Shown: positions 39,647 through 50,174 of the stretch, in pieces | Layout: every line of letters begins with the position of its first letter | Position numbering within the stretch: the first letter of the stretch is position 1 | Assembly: GCA_963755715.1 (NCBI GenBank) | Contig: CAVWLW010000017.1 | Span: 1 to 64,000 of the forward strand | Length of the DNA stretch: 64,000 nucleotides | Direction: 5' to 3' | Origin: an uncultured delta proteobacterium | GTDB lineage: Bacteria; Desulfobacterota; Binatia; UBA9968 | Position numbers and translations under genes: made by a program | Notes under the pieces: generated by a model | Seen by the model: the letters and a program-made list of their open reading frames with translations, nothing else | What the model was told of the DNA's origin: nothing | The model's database searches: none

Positions 39647-39715
39647 GTTTCTAGTTTCTGGTTCTTCGCTTCTAGTCTCTCCAACTGAAAACTAGAAACT
39701 TGGAACTAGAAACTA
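39647..39715. repeat. Inverted arrays of degenerate heptamers (GTTTCTA / TAGAAAC)
   Basis: gtttctagtttctggttct...ttctagtctc and aactgaaaactagaaacttggaactagaaacta. Confidence 0.7.
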
Positions 39716-41203
39716 TTCTGCGTTGTCAATCTGCGCCTTTTGCAACTTACCGGAATAGTCGACGTAAATCGATTTCCACTCGGTGAAAATGTCGTAGACC
39801 GTGGTGCCGGCCTCGCGGTGACCGTTGCCGGTATCCTTGACGCCACCGAAGGGGAGATGGACTTCGGCACCGATGGTCGGTCCATTGATATAGGTAATGC
39901 CCGCTTCGATGTCACGCATGGCTTGAAACACCCGGCCGACGTCCTTCGTGTAAATCGAGCTCGACAGGCCGTATGGCGTGCCGTTCATCACTTCCACGGC
40001 TTCGTCGAAGCTCTTCACTTCGATAATCGACAGCACGGGACCGAAGATCTCTTCCTGGGCAATGCGCATGCTTGGCTTCACCTGATCGAAGATTGTCGGT
40101 TGGAAAAAATGGCCCTTGGCGCAAGCGCCCGCGTCGTGGACGCCACCGCCGATCCGCAAACGCGCGCCTTCCTGTCTGCCGATGTCGATATAACGCAGCA
40201 CTTTTTCCCGTGCCGGTTGGTTAATCAACGGACCCATGTCGACGCTTTCATCCAGGCCGTCGCCGATCTTGATTTTCTCTGCGCGCGCTACCAACGCATC
40301 GGTCATGGCCTTCACCACATCGCGGTGCACAATCAACCGGCTCGTCGCGGTACAACGTTGACCCGTGGTGCCAAAGGCGCCCCACAGCGCGCCTTCAACG
40401 GCAAGCTCCAGGTCGGCGTCTTCCATCACGATCTGCGCGTTTTTGCCGCCAAGTTCGAGCGAAACGCGCTTTAAATTCTGTCCGCACGCCGACGCGATTT
40501 CCCGTCCCACGACTGCCGAGCCGGTAAACGAGACAAGCTGAACGCCCGGATGGCGCACTAGCGCCGCGCCGACTTCTTCGCCGCGTCCGTGCAACAAGTT
40601 CACCACGCCGGGAGGAATGCCTGCTTCGGTCAGAATCTCAACCAACCGGGTCGCCGTGTGCGGCGTGTCTTCGGCCGGCTTGAGCACGACCGTGTTGCCG
40701 CAAAGCAACGCCGGAAACATTTTCCACGTGGGGATCGCCATGGGAAAATTCCACGGCGTGATCAGCGCGCACACGCCGACCGGCATGCGCACGGACATGG
40801 CGAATTTATTCGGCAGCTCCGCCGGCGTCGTCTCGCCGAAGAGGCGCCGGCCTTCGCCGGCAACATAGAATGCCGTGTCGATACCCTCTTGCACGTCGCC
40901 GCGAGTTTCTTTGAGCACTTTGCCCATTTCGCGCGTCATGCCGCGGGCAATCTCTTCCTTGTATTTGCGCAATAATTCACCGACCCGATAGAGCAACTCG
41001 CCCCGTTTCGGCGCGGGGACGAGTCGCCAGGCGTTAAATGCTTTTTTGGCCGCGCGCACCGCCGCGTCGACATCTTCAGCGCTCGAAGCCGGAAACAAGC
41101 CAATGAGGTCGTCGCGGTTGGCCGGATTGCGGTTCTCGAAAGTCTTTGCCGATCGCGCCGTCAACCACTGACCATCGATAAAGTTCTTATACTGATCCGC
41201 CAT
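39713..41203 (-). CDS. Aldehyde dehydrogenase
   Basis: ITPWNFP, FTGS, ELGGKN, GQRCT, EEIFGP, PFGG. Confidence 0.96.
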   Translation of the reverse strand: MADQYKNFIDGQWLTARSAKTFENRNPANRDDLIGLFPASSAEDVDAAVRAAKKAFNAWRLVPAPKRGELLYRVGELLRKYKEEIARGMTREMGKVLKETRGDVQEGIDTAFYVAGEGRRLFGETTPAELPNKFAMSVRMPVGVCALITPWNFPMAIPTWKMFPALLCGNTVVLKPAEDTPHTATRLVEILTEAGIPPGVVNLLHGRGEEVGAALVRHPGVQLVSFTGSAVVGREIASACGQNLKRVSLELGGKNAQIVMEDADLELAVEGALWGAFGTTGQRCTATSRLIVHRDVVKAMTDALVARAEKIKIGDGLDESVDMGPLINQPAREKVLRYIDIGRQEGARLRIGGGVHDAGACAKGHFFQPTIFDQVKPSMRIAQEEIFGPVLSIIEVKSFDEAVEVMNGTPYGLSSSIYTKDVGRVFQAMRDIEAGITYINGPTIGAEVHLPFGGVKDTGNGHREAGTTVYDIFTEWKSIYVDYSGKLQKAQIDNAE

Positions 41204-41490
41204 CTTGAAACTCCTCCGCCGAAAGGCGTAAAAGCCCGACGATTTCACTCGCGCCTGCGGGTTATTCTAATGGCCCACCCATGGGAACACAACGACGAAC
41301 GAGCCGGGGCCGTTGGCGTACTGCACAAACCTTGGTTCAAGCAAAAACCGCTCGCTTGCCTGACACAAAATAAGTGTTAAGGAAATCAGTAAATTGATTT
41401 TTAATATTCGATCCGCTAGCTTCGGGCGACTTAGACGCTCCGATCCGCTGACAAACGCAATTTCTTTTTGCCGAGGAGAGGAGAGAAAGT

Positions 41491-42513
41491 ATGTTACGAG
41501 TTCTTTACGCATTCATCGCCGTCATGACTCTGGCGAGCGTTGCCCAAGGCGCCGCCGCGGAGGACTTCTACAAAGGTAAAAACATTCGCATCGTCGTTGG
41601 CTTTTCCGCCGGCGGCGGCTTCGATACTTACGCCCGCACCATTGCGCGCCATTTGGGCAAACACATTCCGGGTGACCCCAGTGTCGTCGTGGAAAATATG
41701 ACGGGCGCGGGCAGCTTGATCGCTGCGAATCATGTCTTTCGAGTCGCCAAGCCCGACGGACTCACCATCGGCCACTTTATCGGGGGCTTGTTTTTGGGCC
41801 AGGTGCTCGGTCAACCCGGCATCGAATTCGACGCGCGCAAATTTGAATACATCGGCGCGCCGATCAGCGATCACGTGGTTTGCGCGTTGACCAAGGCAAG
41901 CGGCATCACCAGCGTCGACCGATGGATGGCGTCAAAGACTCCGGTCAAAATGGGCGGCATCGCTCCCGGCACCTCGACGCCTGACAACGCGACGCGCATC
42001 TTGAAAGCCGCCTTGGGCCTGCCGATTCAACTCGTCAGCGGTTACAAAGGCACCGCGGAAGTCCGGTTGGCGGCCGAGGGTGGCGAGGTCGCCGGCGGTT
42101 GCTGGGGTTGGGATTCGGTCAGCGTGACTTGGCGCAAAGCTCTGGACAGCGGCGATGCCGTGGTCGTGTTGCAAGCCAACCGCAAAAATCATCCCGACTT
42201 GCCGAACGTTCCCCAAGCGATCAAATTCGCCAAAGGCGAAGAAGGCCGCAAGATGATCGAAGTCGGCATCCACGGCGACAGCGACATCGTGCGCACCTAC
42301 ACGCTGCCGCCCGGGACGCCTAAGGACCGCGTGCAGTTGCTGCGCAGGGCCTTCGATGCGACCCTCAAGGATCCCGAGTTCGTCGCCGATGCGAAAAAAT
42401 CCCGCCTCAATGTCGATCCGATCCCGGCGGAGGAAATCGAGAAAGACATCTCGGGATTGTTCAAGCTCGATCCCGGCTTGGTCGCCAAGCTCAAAGATGT
42501 TCTTTACAACTAA
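41491..42513 (+). CDS. tctC: Tripartite tricarboxylate transporter binding protein (TctC/Bug)
   Basis: IVVGFSAGGGFDTYAR, VVENMTGAGS, KPDGLT, PPGTP, LKDPEF. Confidence 0.92.
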   Translation: MLRVLYAFIAVMTLASVAQGAAAEDFYKGKNIRIVVGFSAGGGFDTYARTIARHLGKHIPGDPSVVVENMTGAGSLIAANHVFRVAKPDGLTIGHFIGGLFLGQVLGQPGIEFDARKFEYIGAPISDHVVCALTKASGITSVDRWMASKTPVKMGGIAPGTSTPDNATRILKAALGLPIQLVSGYKGTAEVRLAAEGGEVAGGCWGWDSVSVTWRKALDSGDAVVVLQANRKNHPDLPNVPQAIKFAKGEEGRKMIEVGIHGDSDIVRTYTLPPGTPKDRVQLLRRAFDATLKDPEFVADAKKSRLNVDPIPAEEIEKDISGLFKLDPGLVAKLKDVLYN

Positions 42514-42573
42514 CGCCACCGCTGATATTTAGCGTCGAACATCGGCCGTGTTCGCTGGAGGGTTTGGACCGTC

Positions 42574-44603
42574 ATGGACATGTTACATGCTTTAGTTTCC
42601 GGTTTTCTCCAGTGCTTCAACTTATCGACGTTTAATCTGATGATGATCGGCATAGCCATCGGCTTCGTCGTTGGCATCCTTCCCGGGCTCGGCGGTCCGA
42701 CGGCTATGGCTCTAATGCTGCCCTTCGTATTCAAAATGTCGGCTGTTGAAGCCTTCGCATTTCTTCTAGGAATGACCGCGGTCACCGCGACCACCGGAGA
42801 TATTACCTCCGTGCTTTTCGGAGTTCCCGGCGAACCGACTACGGCATCGACAATTGTCGATGGTCACGCGATGGCGCGCAATGGCGAGGCAGGGAGAGCT
42901 CTTGGCGCCGTACTGATGAGTTCCCTGGTAGGAGCCATATTCGGTGCCGTGGCCATTGCGGTCGCCATCCCTATAGTCCGGCCGTTGGTTCTCTCCTTCG
43001 GTTCTCCGGAATTTTTCATGCTCTCACTGCTTGGGATTTCCTTCGTCGCTGCCCTCAGCGGCGAGGATGTGCTTAAAGGCATGGTCTCCGGCGGTATCGG
43101 CTTGATGTTCGCTACCATCGGTTTAGATCCGATATCCGGTATACAGCGCTACACTTTCGGTCAGCTATTTCTGTGGGACGGTATCGGACTCGTCCCCATT
43201 ACAATTGGCTTCTACGCCATTCCCGAAACTATCGAGCTGGCGGTGTTAGGAACCAGCATCGCGACGCAAGAAGTTCAAGCCCTCGGCGGTGTCATGGAGG
43301 GCGTCAAGGATACTTTTCGTCACTGGTGGTTGGTCATCCGCTGCAGCGCCCTCGGCACATTCATGGCCATCATTCCTGGAATGGGAGCGGCCACCACCCA
43401 GTGGCTCGCTTACGCTCACGCGGTTCAGAGCTCGCGAAGATAAATCCCGCTCCGGCAAAGGCGACGTCGAGGGCGTGTTAGGTCCCGGCGCGGCGAACAA
43501 TTCCACATTGGGCGGAAGTTTGATCACGACCATCGCTTTCGGCGTTCCCGCCAGCGTTATCATGGCGATATTGCTCGGCGCGTTCATCATTCAGGGAATT
43601 GTGCCCGGGCCCCGACATGTTGCTGCCGCCGCCGAAGGGCCAGTTGGATCTGACTTTTTCCTTCGTCTGGGTCATTATTATTTCCAACATAATCACCGTG
43701 GCGTCTGCTTTCTGTTTTTGAAGCCGCTGGCGAAAGTAACCCAGGTCCGTGGCGCTATCATCATTCCGATCATTCTGATGTTGATCTACCTGGGCGCCTT
43801 TGCCGAAAAAAATGCTTTTGAAGACATGCTCATCGTACTCTTATTTGGCGGGCTCGGTTGGATCATGGAGAAAATGGAGTGGCCGCGCCCGCCAGTGCTG
43901 CTGGGCCTCGTCCTCGGTCCGCTGGCTGAGAACCGGCTGTTCTTATCCACCGACAATTATGGTGCGGCGTGGCTTGCACAGTCCGGGCGTCATCGGGATA
44001 TTTGCGCTATAACCTTATTCGGTATCTTTTATCCAATGATCAAAAATAGACGGGAGGAGAAGGAGAAGCTGGCGTCCGAACCCAAGATCAGGCAGCTGTT
44101 GAAACCCCTGGCCCTGGCGGACTGCGCTTCGGCAACAAAGCGCTCTTTAGCGTCGTCGTCGATCGTGTATACTTGCCTCGCGCTATACCAGAGCCGCAAC
44201 TTCGGGTATCGTGCCGGCCTGTTTCCCTGGGTTATTGGAATTCCAACCCTGCTGTTGTGTCTTGCTCAGCTCGCCAGGGAGCTCTGGGGAAAAGAAAAAC
44301 CGAAAGGCGGCTCTTGCCGACTTGGGAAGTTGCGGTTGACATTGCACCCGAAGTGGTGAATAAAAGAACCATCACATTCTGTTATGGACGATTGGTTTCT
44401 TTATTTCCATCTGGCTATTGGGCTTCTCGTATTCGATTCCGGTCTCGATGATCTTGTATTTGAGATTCGCGGGCAAAGAGAAATGGCCGATGACGATTAT
44501 CATGACCTTCTTTACCTGGCTGTTTATCTACGGATTGTTCGAACGAGTCTTGAGTATGCCGTTCCCTGACGGACTGCTCGTTTCGCTAAATCAAAGGTCC
44601 TAG
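42574..44603 (+). CDS. tctA: TctA permease apparently fused to a TctB-like domain (many indels)
   Basis: GILPGLG, VPGEP, DGHAMA, AANN, AFGVP, PVLLGLVLGPLAE; then AGLFPWVIG...YGLFERVLSMPFPDG. Confidence 0.8.
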
Positions 44604-46891
44604 CTGATTTTCCCTGTAGTCGCACGCCAGACTCTCTCGGGCGTCAGCGGCAAATCGTAAAGCCGCAGTCCCGTCGCTTGGCAAAGCGCGTTGGCGATGG
44701 CCGACGCGACCGGCAATAGGCTGCCCTCGCCGGTGCCCTTGGAGCCGAAGGGTCCGGGGCCGTTTCGACTCTCGACCAGAATCGATTCGAAATCTTTCGG
44801 CACGTGAGCGAACGTCGGCACCCGATAATCAACAAGGTTGGGATTGAGCAACTGCCCATCCTTGTAAACCATCTCTTCCAGCAGGCTGTGACCGATCGCG
44901 TTCATCACTCCGCCTTCGTCCTGACCCTCGCAAAGCACGGGATTGATCGCCTGGCCGACGTCCGAAAGCGAGACGTACCTTGTCAATTTAATTTCGCCGC
45001 TGTCGCGGTCCACTTCCACTTCCGCCGCGCCCCAGCTGATTTCCCAGAAAGTCGTCGGCGAACCGAGCGCTGCTTTCTTGCTCTTGATATCCTGGTACGC
45101 GCCGTGGCCGATCAGCTCGCCTGCTTTCGATAAGAAGATGCTTTGCATGAGTTGTTCGAACGAAAGACTCTGCCCCTTGAGCCCGTGGATTTTGCCATCG
45201 CGCAGCGCTAGTTTCTCCGGCTTGGTTTTCAACATCCGCGCCGCATGACGCAGAATTTGTCTCTTCAAGTCTTGCGCCGCACGCTGCACGGAAAGCCCCA
45301 TCACAACCGTTGAGCTGCTGGCGTTAGTGTTGACATCGTAAGGCGTGACATCGGTGTCGAGCTGCGCCACCGTGATCGCTTCGAAGGGCAATCCTAATTC
45401 CTCCGCGACCACTTGGCTCAACGCCGTGCGCGCACCTTGGCCGACCTCCACAGTGCCGGTCAGCAACACGACGCTACCGTCGGCGTTCATCTTGACCGCC
45501 GCGGAAGACACTTTGTAAGTGCCGCCGCCGTCTTTCATACAAACCGCCAGGCCCTTGCCGCGATTAGCCTTCTTTTTTGTATTCCAGCCGATTTCTTTCG
45601 CCGCGCGCAGAAGTCCGGCTTTGAGATCACAATCCACTGGCGTGTCGCCCGGCGTATACATCTCGCCCTTTTTCAGCAGATTTTTGAGCCGAAAATCGAG
45701 TGGATCGAGACCCAGCTTCTCGGCGATAATATCCATCTGCGATTCGTACGCCCAGGTCACTTGCAGAGTGCCAAAACCGCGGTAGGCGCCGGCCGGCACG
45801 GTATTGGTGTACACGGTGTAAGCGTCGGTTTGCATGTGCGGCAAACGGTACGGGCCGAAACAGCGGTAGCCGGCCTTTTGCGTCACGCGCGGCCCGGCAT
45901 CGGCGTAGGCGCCGGTTTCCATGTGAATCAGACATTGGCGCGCCACGAGCTTGCCGTCTTTCATGACACCGGTCTTGATCGTTACCCGAGCGGGATGACG
46001 CGACACCGTCTTGAAGCTCTCTTCAATGGTATGAGCCAAACGAACCGGCCGTTTCGCTTTCCAGGACAGCGCGGCGGCAAGCGGCTCGGTCTTGACGGCG
46101 AGCTTGCCGCCGTAACCGCCGCCGAGATACGGCACGATGACGCGAATCTTATTGAGCGGCAGATGAAAAATCTCGGCGAGATGCTCGCGCAAGGTGAACG
46201 GTTCTTGCGTGCCGGCCCAAAGCGTCAGCCGGTCGCCTTCGTAGTCGGCGACGGTCGCGTGCGGCTCCATGGAAAAATGCTGCACCCGCGGAAAAGTAAA
46301 AGTATCCTCGAAAACATGATCCGCCTTGGCAAAGCCTTCGTCGACGTTGCCTTTGGCATAACTGAAGCGATAACAGAGATTGGTGCCGGCGAATTCTTTA
46401 GGCGCTTCGTAATGCTGGCCCATCAATTCGCCGCCGCTCGCCGCGGACTCATGCACTAACGGGGCGTTTGACGCCAGCGCCACGTCGAGATCGGTCACGG
46501 CAGGCAATTCTTCGTAGTCGATATCGATCAATGCCAACGCCGCTTCGGCAGTCGCCTCGTCGACAGCCGCTACCGCCGCCACTGGATCGCCGGAATAGCG
46601 GACTTTGTCGACGGCGACGATCGTTTGATCTTTATAAGCCGCGCCGAACATGCCGAGGCGCGCTTGATCGGCGCGCGTGATGACCGCGAATACGCCGGAA
46701 AGTTTCTCTGCCTTGCTCGCATCAATTCTGCGTAATCGCGCGTGCGCGTACGGACTGCGAAGAATCTTTCCATGGGCCATCCCCGGCAGCGTCACATCGA
46801 CCGTGTAGATCGCCTTGCCGGTAACTTTATCTTCTCCGTCGGAGCGGCGCTCCGAGTGTCCAATCACCTGATAAGCCTGCACAACCTTCAT
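44600..46891 (-). CDS. Xanthine dehydrogenase family molybdopterin-binding subunit
   Basis: KVTGKAIY, LRSPYAHA, GGGYGGK, AYRGFG, EVGQG, GQDEGG, GSKGTGE. Confidence 0.94.
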   Translation of the reverse strand: MKVVQAYQVIGHSERRSDGEDKVTGKAIYTVDVTLPGMAHGKILRSPYAHARLRRIDASKAEKLSGVFAVITRADQARLGMFGAAYKDQTIVAVDKVRYSGDPVAAVAAVDEATAEAALALIDIDYEELPAVTDLDVALASNAPLVHESAASGGELMGQHYEAPKEFAGTNLCYRFSYAKGNVDEGFAKADHVFEDTFTFPRVQHFSMEPHATVADYEGDRLTLWAGTQEPFTLREHLAEIFHLPLNKIRVIVPYLGGGYGGKLAVKTEPLAAALSWKAKRPVRLAHTIEESFKTVSRHPARVTIKTGVMKDGKLVARQCLIHMETGAYADAGPRVTQKAGYRCFGPYRLPHMQTDAYTVYTNTVPAGAYRGFGTLQVTWAYESQMDIIAEKLGLDPLDFRLKNLLKKGEMYTPGDTPVDCDLKAGLLRAAKEIGWNTKKKANRGKGLAVCMKDGGGTYKVSSAAVKMNADGSVVLLTGTVEVGQGARTALSQVVAEELGLPFEAITVAQLDTDVTPYDVNTNASSSTVVMGLSVQRAAQDLKRQILRHAARMLKTKPEKLALRDGKIHGLKGQSLSFEQLMQSIFLSKAGELIGHGAYQDIKSKKAALGSPTTFWEISWGAAEVEVDRDSGEIKLTRYVSLSDVGQAINPVLCEGQDEGGVMNAIGHSLLEEMVYKDGQLLNPNLVDYRVPTFAHVPKDFESILVESRNGPGPFGSKGTGEGSLLPVASAIANALCQATGLRLYDLPLTPERVWRATTGKIS

Positions 46892-46894
46892 CCA

Positions 46895-48221
46895 TCAACC
46901 TCGGTTGTGATAATTTTGACGAATCCACTCGATCGCTGCTTCGCGGTTTGGCAGCTCGCCGCCAAGCTGACGATCTTCGACTTGACGCAAAATCTCCGCG
47001 AAAACCGGACCCGGCGTAAATCCCAGGCCGATCAAATCATCGCCGCGCACCAGCGGCGTCGGGCGAATTTCTTTTTCATCCAGCTCGGCCAAGCGCGTTT
47101 TGCAAAACTGATAGTATTGTAAATCGCCGTTGGATGCCAAAGCATCGAGGCGCGTCAGCTCGAGCAGTTCCTCGATACCGTCTTCGCGCAGGAAACGCTT
47201 GAGCGTGCTCAAGCGCATTTGCGGCGCCTGCACATGGCGCAAATGATTGCGCACCAGGTAGGCCACCCGGTCGCCGACAGCGCGGCTGCGCTTGAGCCGC
47301 TTGAGTATCTCCTCGGCCATGGCAGCGCCCTTCTCGGTATGGCCGTAAAACGTGACGCGCTCGGCGTCTTGGCGAAAGCACACCGGCTTTGCGATATCGT
47401 GGAGCAAACCGCCGTAAGCGAGCGTCTCCGAAGGCGCGTCCAAATGACTGAGCAACAACATCGTATGAGCAAAAACGTCACCTTCAGGATGATAATCGGG
47501 ACTCTGCGGCGTTCCCTTCAGCGACACGACTTCCGGCAGTAAAATTTGCAATAGGCCGCTTGTGTCCAACAATTCGAAGCCGCGGCGCGCTCCGCCTTCG
47601 ATCAAGATGCGCGTGACTTCGTCGCCGATGCGCTCCCAGGCGATTTGCGTGATGCTGCCGGCGAATTTTTTGATCGCGTCGAACGTCGGCGCGTCGATTT
47701 CAAAATCGAGGCTGGCGGCAAAACGCACGGCGCGGATCATACGTAGCCGGTCTTCTTCAAAGCGCTCTTCCGCGTTGCCGATGGCGCGGACGAGGCGCCG
47801 CTCAAGATCCCGCCGGCCTTCGACCAAGTCGATCACACGGTCTTCGATCGGATCGTAGACCATTCCATTGATCGTAAAATCGCGGCGCAATATATCTTCC
47901 TCGAGGCTGCCGTAACGGACGTGGCTCGGGCGCCGCCCGTCCAAATAGGGACCGTCATGACGAAAGCTAGCAACCTCGAACGGCTGTCCATCGATGAGCA
48001 CGAGGATCACGCCGAACTGTGCCCCGACCGGAATCGTTTGAGGGAATAGGCGCTGCAGATCTTCGAGCCGCGCGCTCGTAGCTAATGTCGTAGTCCTGCG
48101 GCGACTTGTTGAGCAGCATGTCGCGCACGCAACCGCCTGCGAAAAAGGCTTCATAGCCTTCCTGGCGCAGACGTTGAACGATAAACCTGGCTTTATCCTG
48201 TAGAGACACGGGCACCGCCAC
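46895..48221 (-). CDS. cca: Class II tRNA nucleotidyltransferase with HD domain (indel near 48085)
   Basis: GGCVRD..DYDI (ORF 47967..48221), RRDFTING, EDRLRMIRAVRF, ERIGDE, HPEGDV, LLHDIAKP. Confidence 0.9.
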
Positions 48222-48277
48222 ACCTGGGTGACATTCAAATCATAAACGATTGTGAGAAACGTAACTGAGTTCTTCGG

Positions 48278-48664
48278 TCAGAGCGGATAAGTCGTGCTCG
48301 CCGCGGGGATCAGCTCGCGCACTTTTCCTTGCAGCTCCTGAAAAGTGAATGGCTTGACGATGTAACCGTTGCATCCGGCTTCGAGACAAGTCTTGAGATC
48401 GGAGTCGCGAAACAGCGCCGTCGCGGCCAATATCGGAATGTCCTTGGTCTCGGCATTCGCACGCAGCTCCCGCGTCGCCTCCCACCCATCCATGCCCGGC
48501 ATCATGATATCCATGATGATCAACTGCGGTTTTTCGGCGAGTGCCCTTTCGACGCCTTCTTTGCCGCGCCGCGCCGGGATCGGCACAAAACCCATCAGCT
48601 CGATCTGCCAAGTCAGCAGCTCGCGCATGTCCGCATGGTCTTCGATGATCAAGATCTTTTTCAT
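48278..48664 (-). CDS. Single-domain response regulator (DivK/CheY-like)
   Basis: ILIIEDH, IMDIMMPGMDG, ATA, VKPF. Confidence 0.93.
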   Translation of the reverse strand: MKKILIIEDHADMRELLTWQIELMGFVPIPARRGKEGVERALAEKPQLIIMDIMMPGMDGWEATRELRANAETKDIPILAATALFRDSDLKTCLEAGCNGYIVKPFTFQELQGKVRELIPAASTTYPL

Positions 48665-48851
48665 CGGTTTCTATTCGGATAAATAATGGGAGACCCGGGC
48701 GCCGAGGAAACGGTCTAAACTATGCCGCAGAGCGTCGGCGACGTCAAGCGCTGCGAATCAAGAACGGAAGTTTGGATCGCGCTGGAAAGCCTCTTCGCCG
48801 ATTGCTTTGCCGCTCGAACGACCGGGAAGCCGGCGATTCTTCTCCGCACGG

Positions 48852-50174
48852 TTATTTTTCGCCAATTTTCTTTAAGTTTCCGACGATTACCGTTATAAGC
48901 CGTTCCGGCTGCAAATATTGCTTGGCGACCCGCTGGACGTCGTCGCGAGTTACTTTGCGAATGAGGTCGGCGTAGCGGTCCGGATAATCGAGGCCGAGCT
49001 TAAAATATTCTACCTGCGAGAGAAAACCCGCCACCTTGCGATTGGTATCGAAACGCAACGGAAAACTGCCGATCAAATAATCTTTGGCGTCGTTTAATTC
49101 CTGCTCCGTCACAGGCTGCTCGCGCACGTGGCGCATCTCTTCGGTTGCAATGCGAATCGCTTCCACGGCAGTTTCATTCTTAGTTTGCATGATGAACTCG
49201 AACGCGCCGTGGCTTTTTTCCGCCGCGAAGTAACTATACACCGAATACGCTAAACCTCGTTCGTTGCGGATCGAATCCATGGCACGAGACGAAAAGCCAC
49301 CGCCGCCCAAAACATAATTCATCACTTGGATGGCATAGTAGTCGGGGTTGCCGCGCGCGACGCCATTGTGGCCGAGAATGATATTCGCCTGAGTTAGATC
49401 CTTGTTGAGGCGCAAAACTTTCGACTCACCAATTTTGGCCGGCACCAGTTCCTGACCGCTCGGCTCGCCCTTGGCCCAGTTCCGCAACGCGCCATTTAGC
49501 GCCTTGGCGATTTCCTGCTCCGATACATCGCCGACCACCGCGATGATCGACCGGTTAGGCCGGTAATTGCGCGCGAAAAAATCGCGCAGGCTTTTTTGCT
49601 GCAGCGCTTTAACCGACGCTTCGCTGCCTTCCACAGGGCGGCCGTAGGGACTGTCGGGGAACAAAGCGGCGGCGAACGCCCTTGCCGCCACGATGCCGGG
49701 CTCTTCTTCCGCTGCTCTGATGGAGGCGATGATCGCCTGCTTTTGCCGATCGATCTCCGCCTGAGGAAAAGTTGACTGGGTCAGCACGTCGGCCAAAAGC
49801 TCAAGTCCCGTGGTGAGATCTTTTTTGAGCACCGTTAGGCTCACGCTGGTCGTGTCCTGACCGCATCCAGCCTCCAAGCTGGCGCCGATGAAATCGAGCG
49901 CGTCGCTGATCTGCACGGCCGTGCGCTGTTTGGTGCCGTAGATCAGCAGTTTCGAGGTCAAATTGGCCAAGCCCGCTTGATCGGCCGGCTCATAACGCGA
50001 TCCAGCGTCGATCAATAATTCTATCGACACCATCGGTAGCGCGCGCTGCTCCGAGGTCAATAGAACCATGCCATTGTTGAGCACCGTTCGTTTAGCTGTC
50101 ATTCCCGCCTCAGTAGAAACCGGGCCGCAGACGAGCGCCAAACAAACCCATAAGCCTAGACAAGCTTGCTTCAT
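48852..50174 (-). CDS. M16 peptidase, non-catalytic subunit
   Basis: LNNGM, AGSRYEP..GLA without HxxEH, IRNERGLAYSV. Confidence 0.9.
   Translation of the reverse strand: MKQACLGLWVCLALVCGPVSTEAGMTAKRTVLNNGMVLLTSEQRALPMVSIELLIDAGSRYEPADQAGLANLTSKLLIYGTKQRTAVQISDALDFIGASLEAGCGQDTTSVSLTVLKKDLTTGLELLADVLTQSTFPQAEIDRQKQAIIASIRAAEEEPGIVAARAFAAALFPDSPYGRPVEGSEASVKALQQKSLRDFFARNYRPNRSIIAVVGDVSEQEIAKALNGALRNWAKGEPSGQELVPAKIGESKVLRLNKDLTQANIILGHNGVARGNPDYYAIQVMNYVLGGGGFSSRAMDSIRNERGLAYSVYSYFAAEKSHGAFEFIMQTKNETAVEAIRIATEEMRHVREQPVTEQELNDAKDYLIGSFPLRFDTNRKVAGFLSQVEYFKLGLDYPDRYADLIRKVTRDDVQRVAKQYLQPERLITVIVGNLKKIGEK

Noticed and set aside
44600-46891. CO dehydrogenase CoxL
   Set aside because: Active-site loop is AYRGFG, not AYxCSFR (form I) or AYRGAGR (form II); no coxMS.
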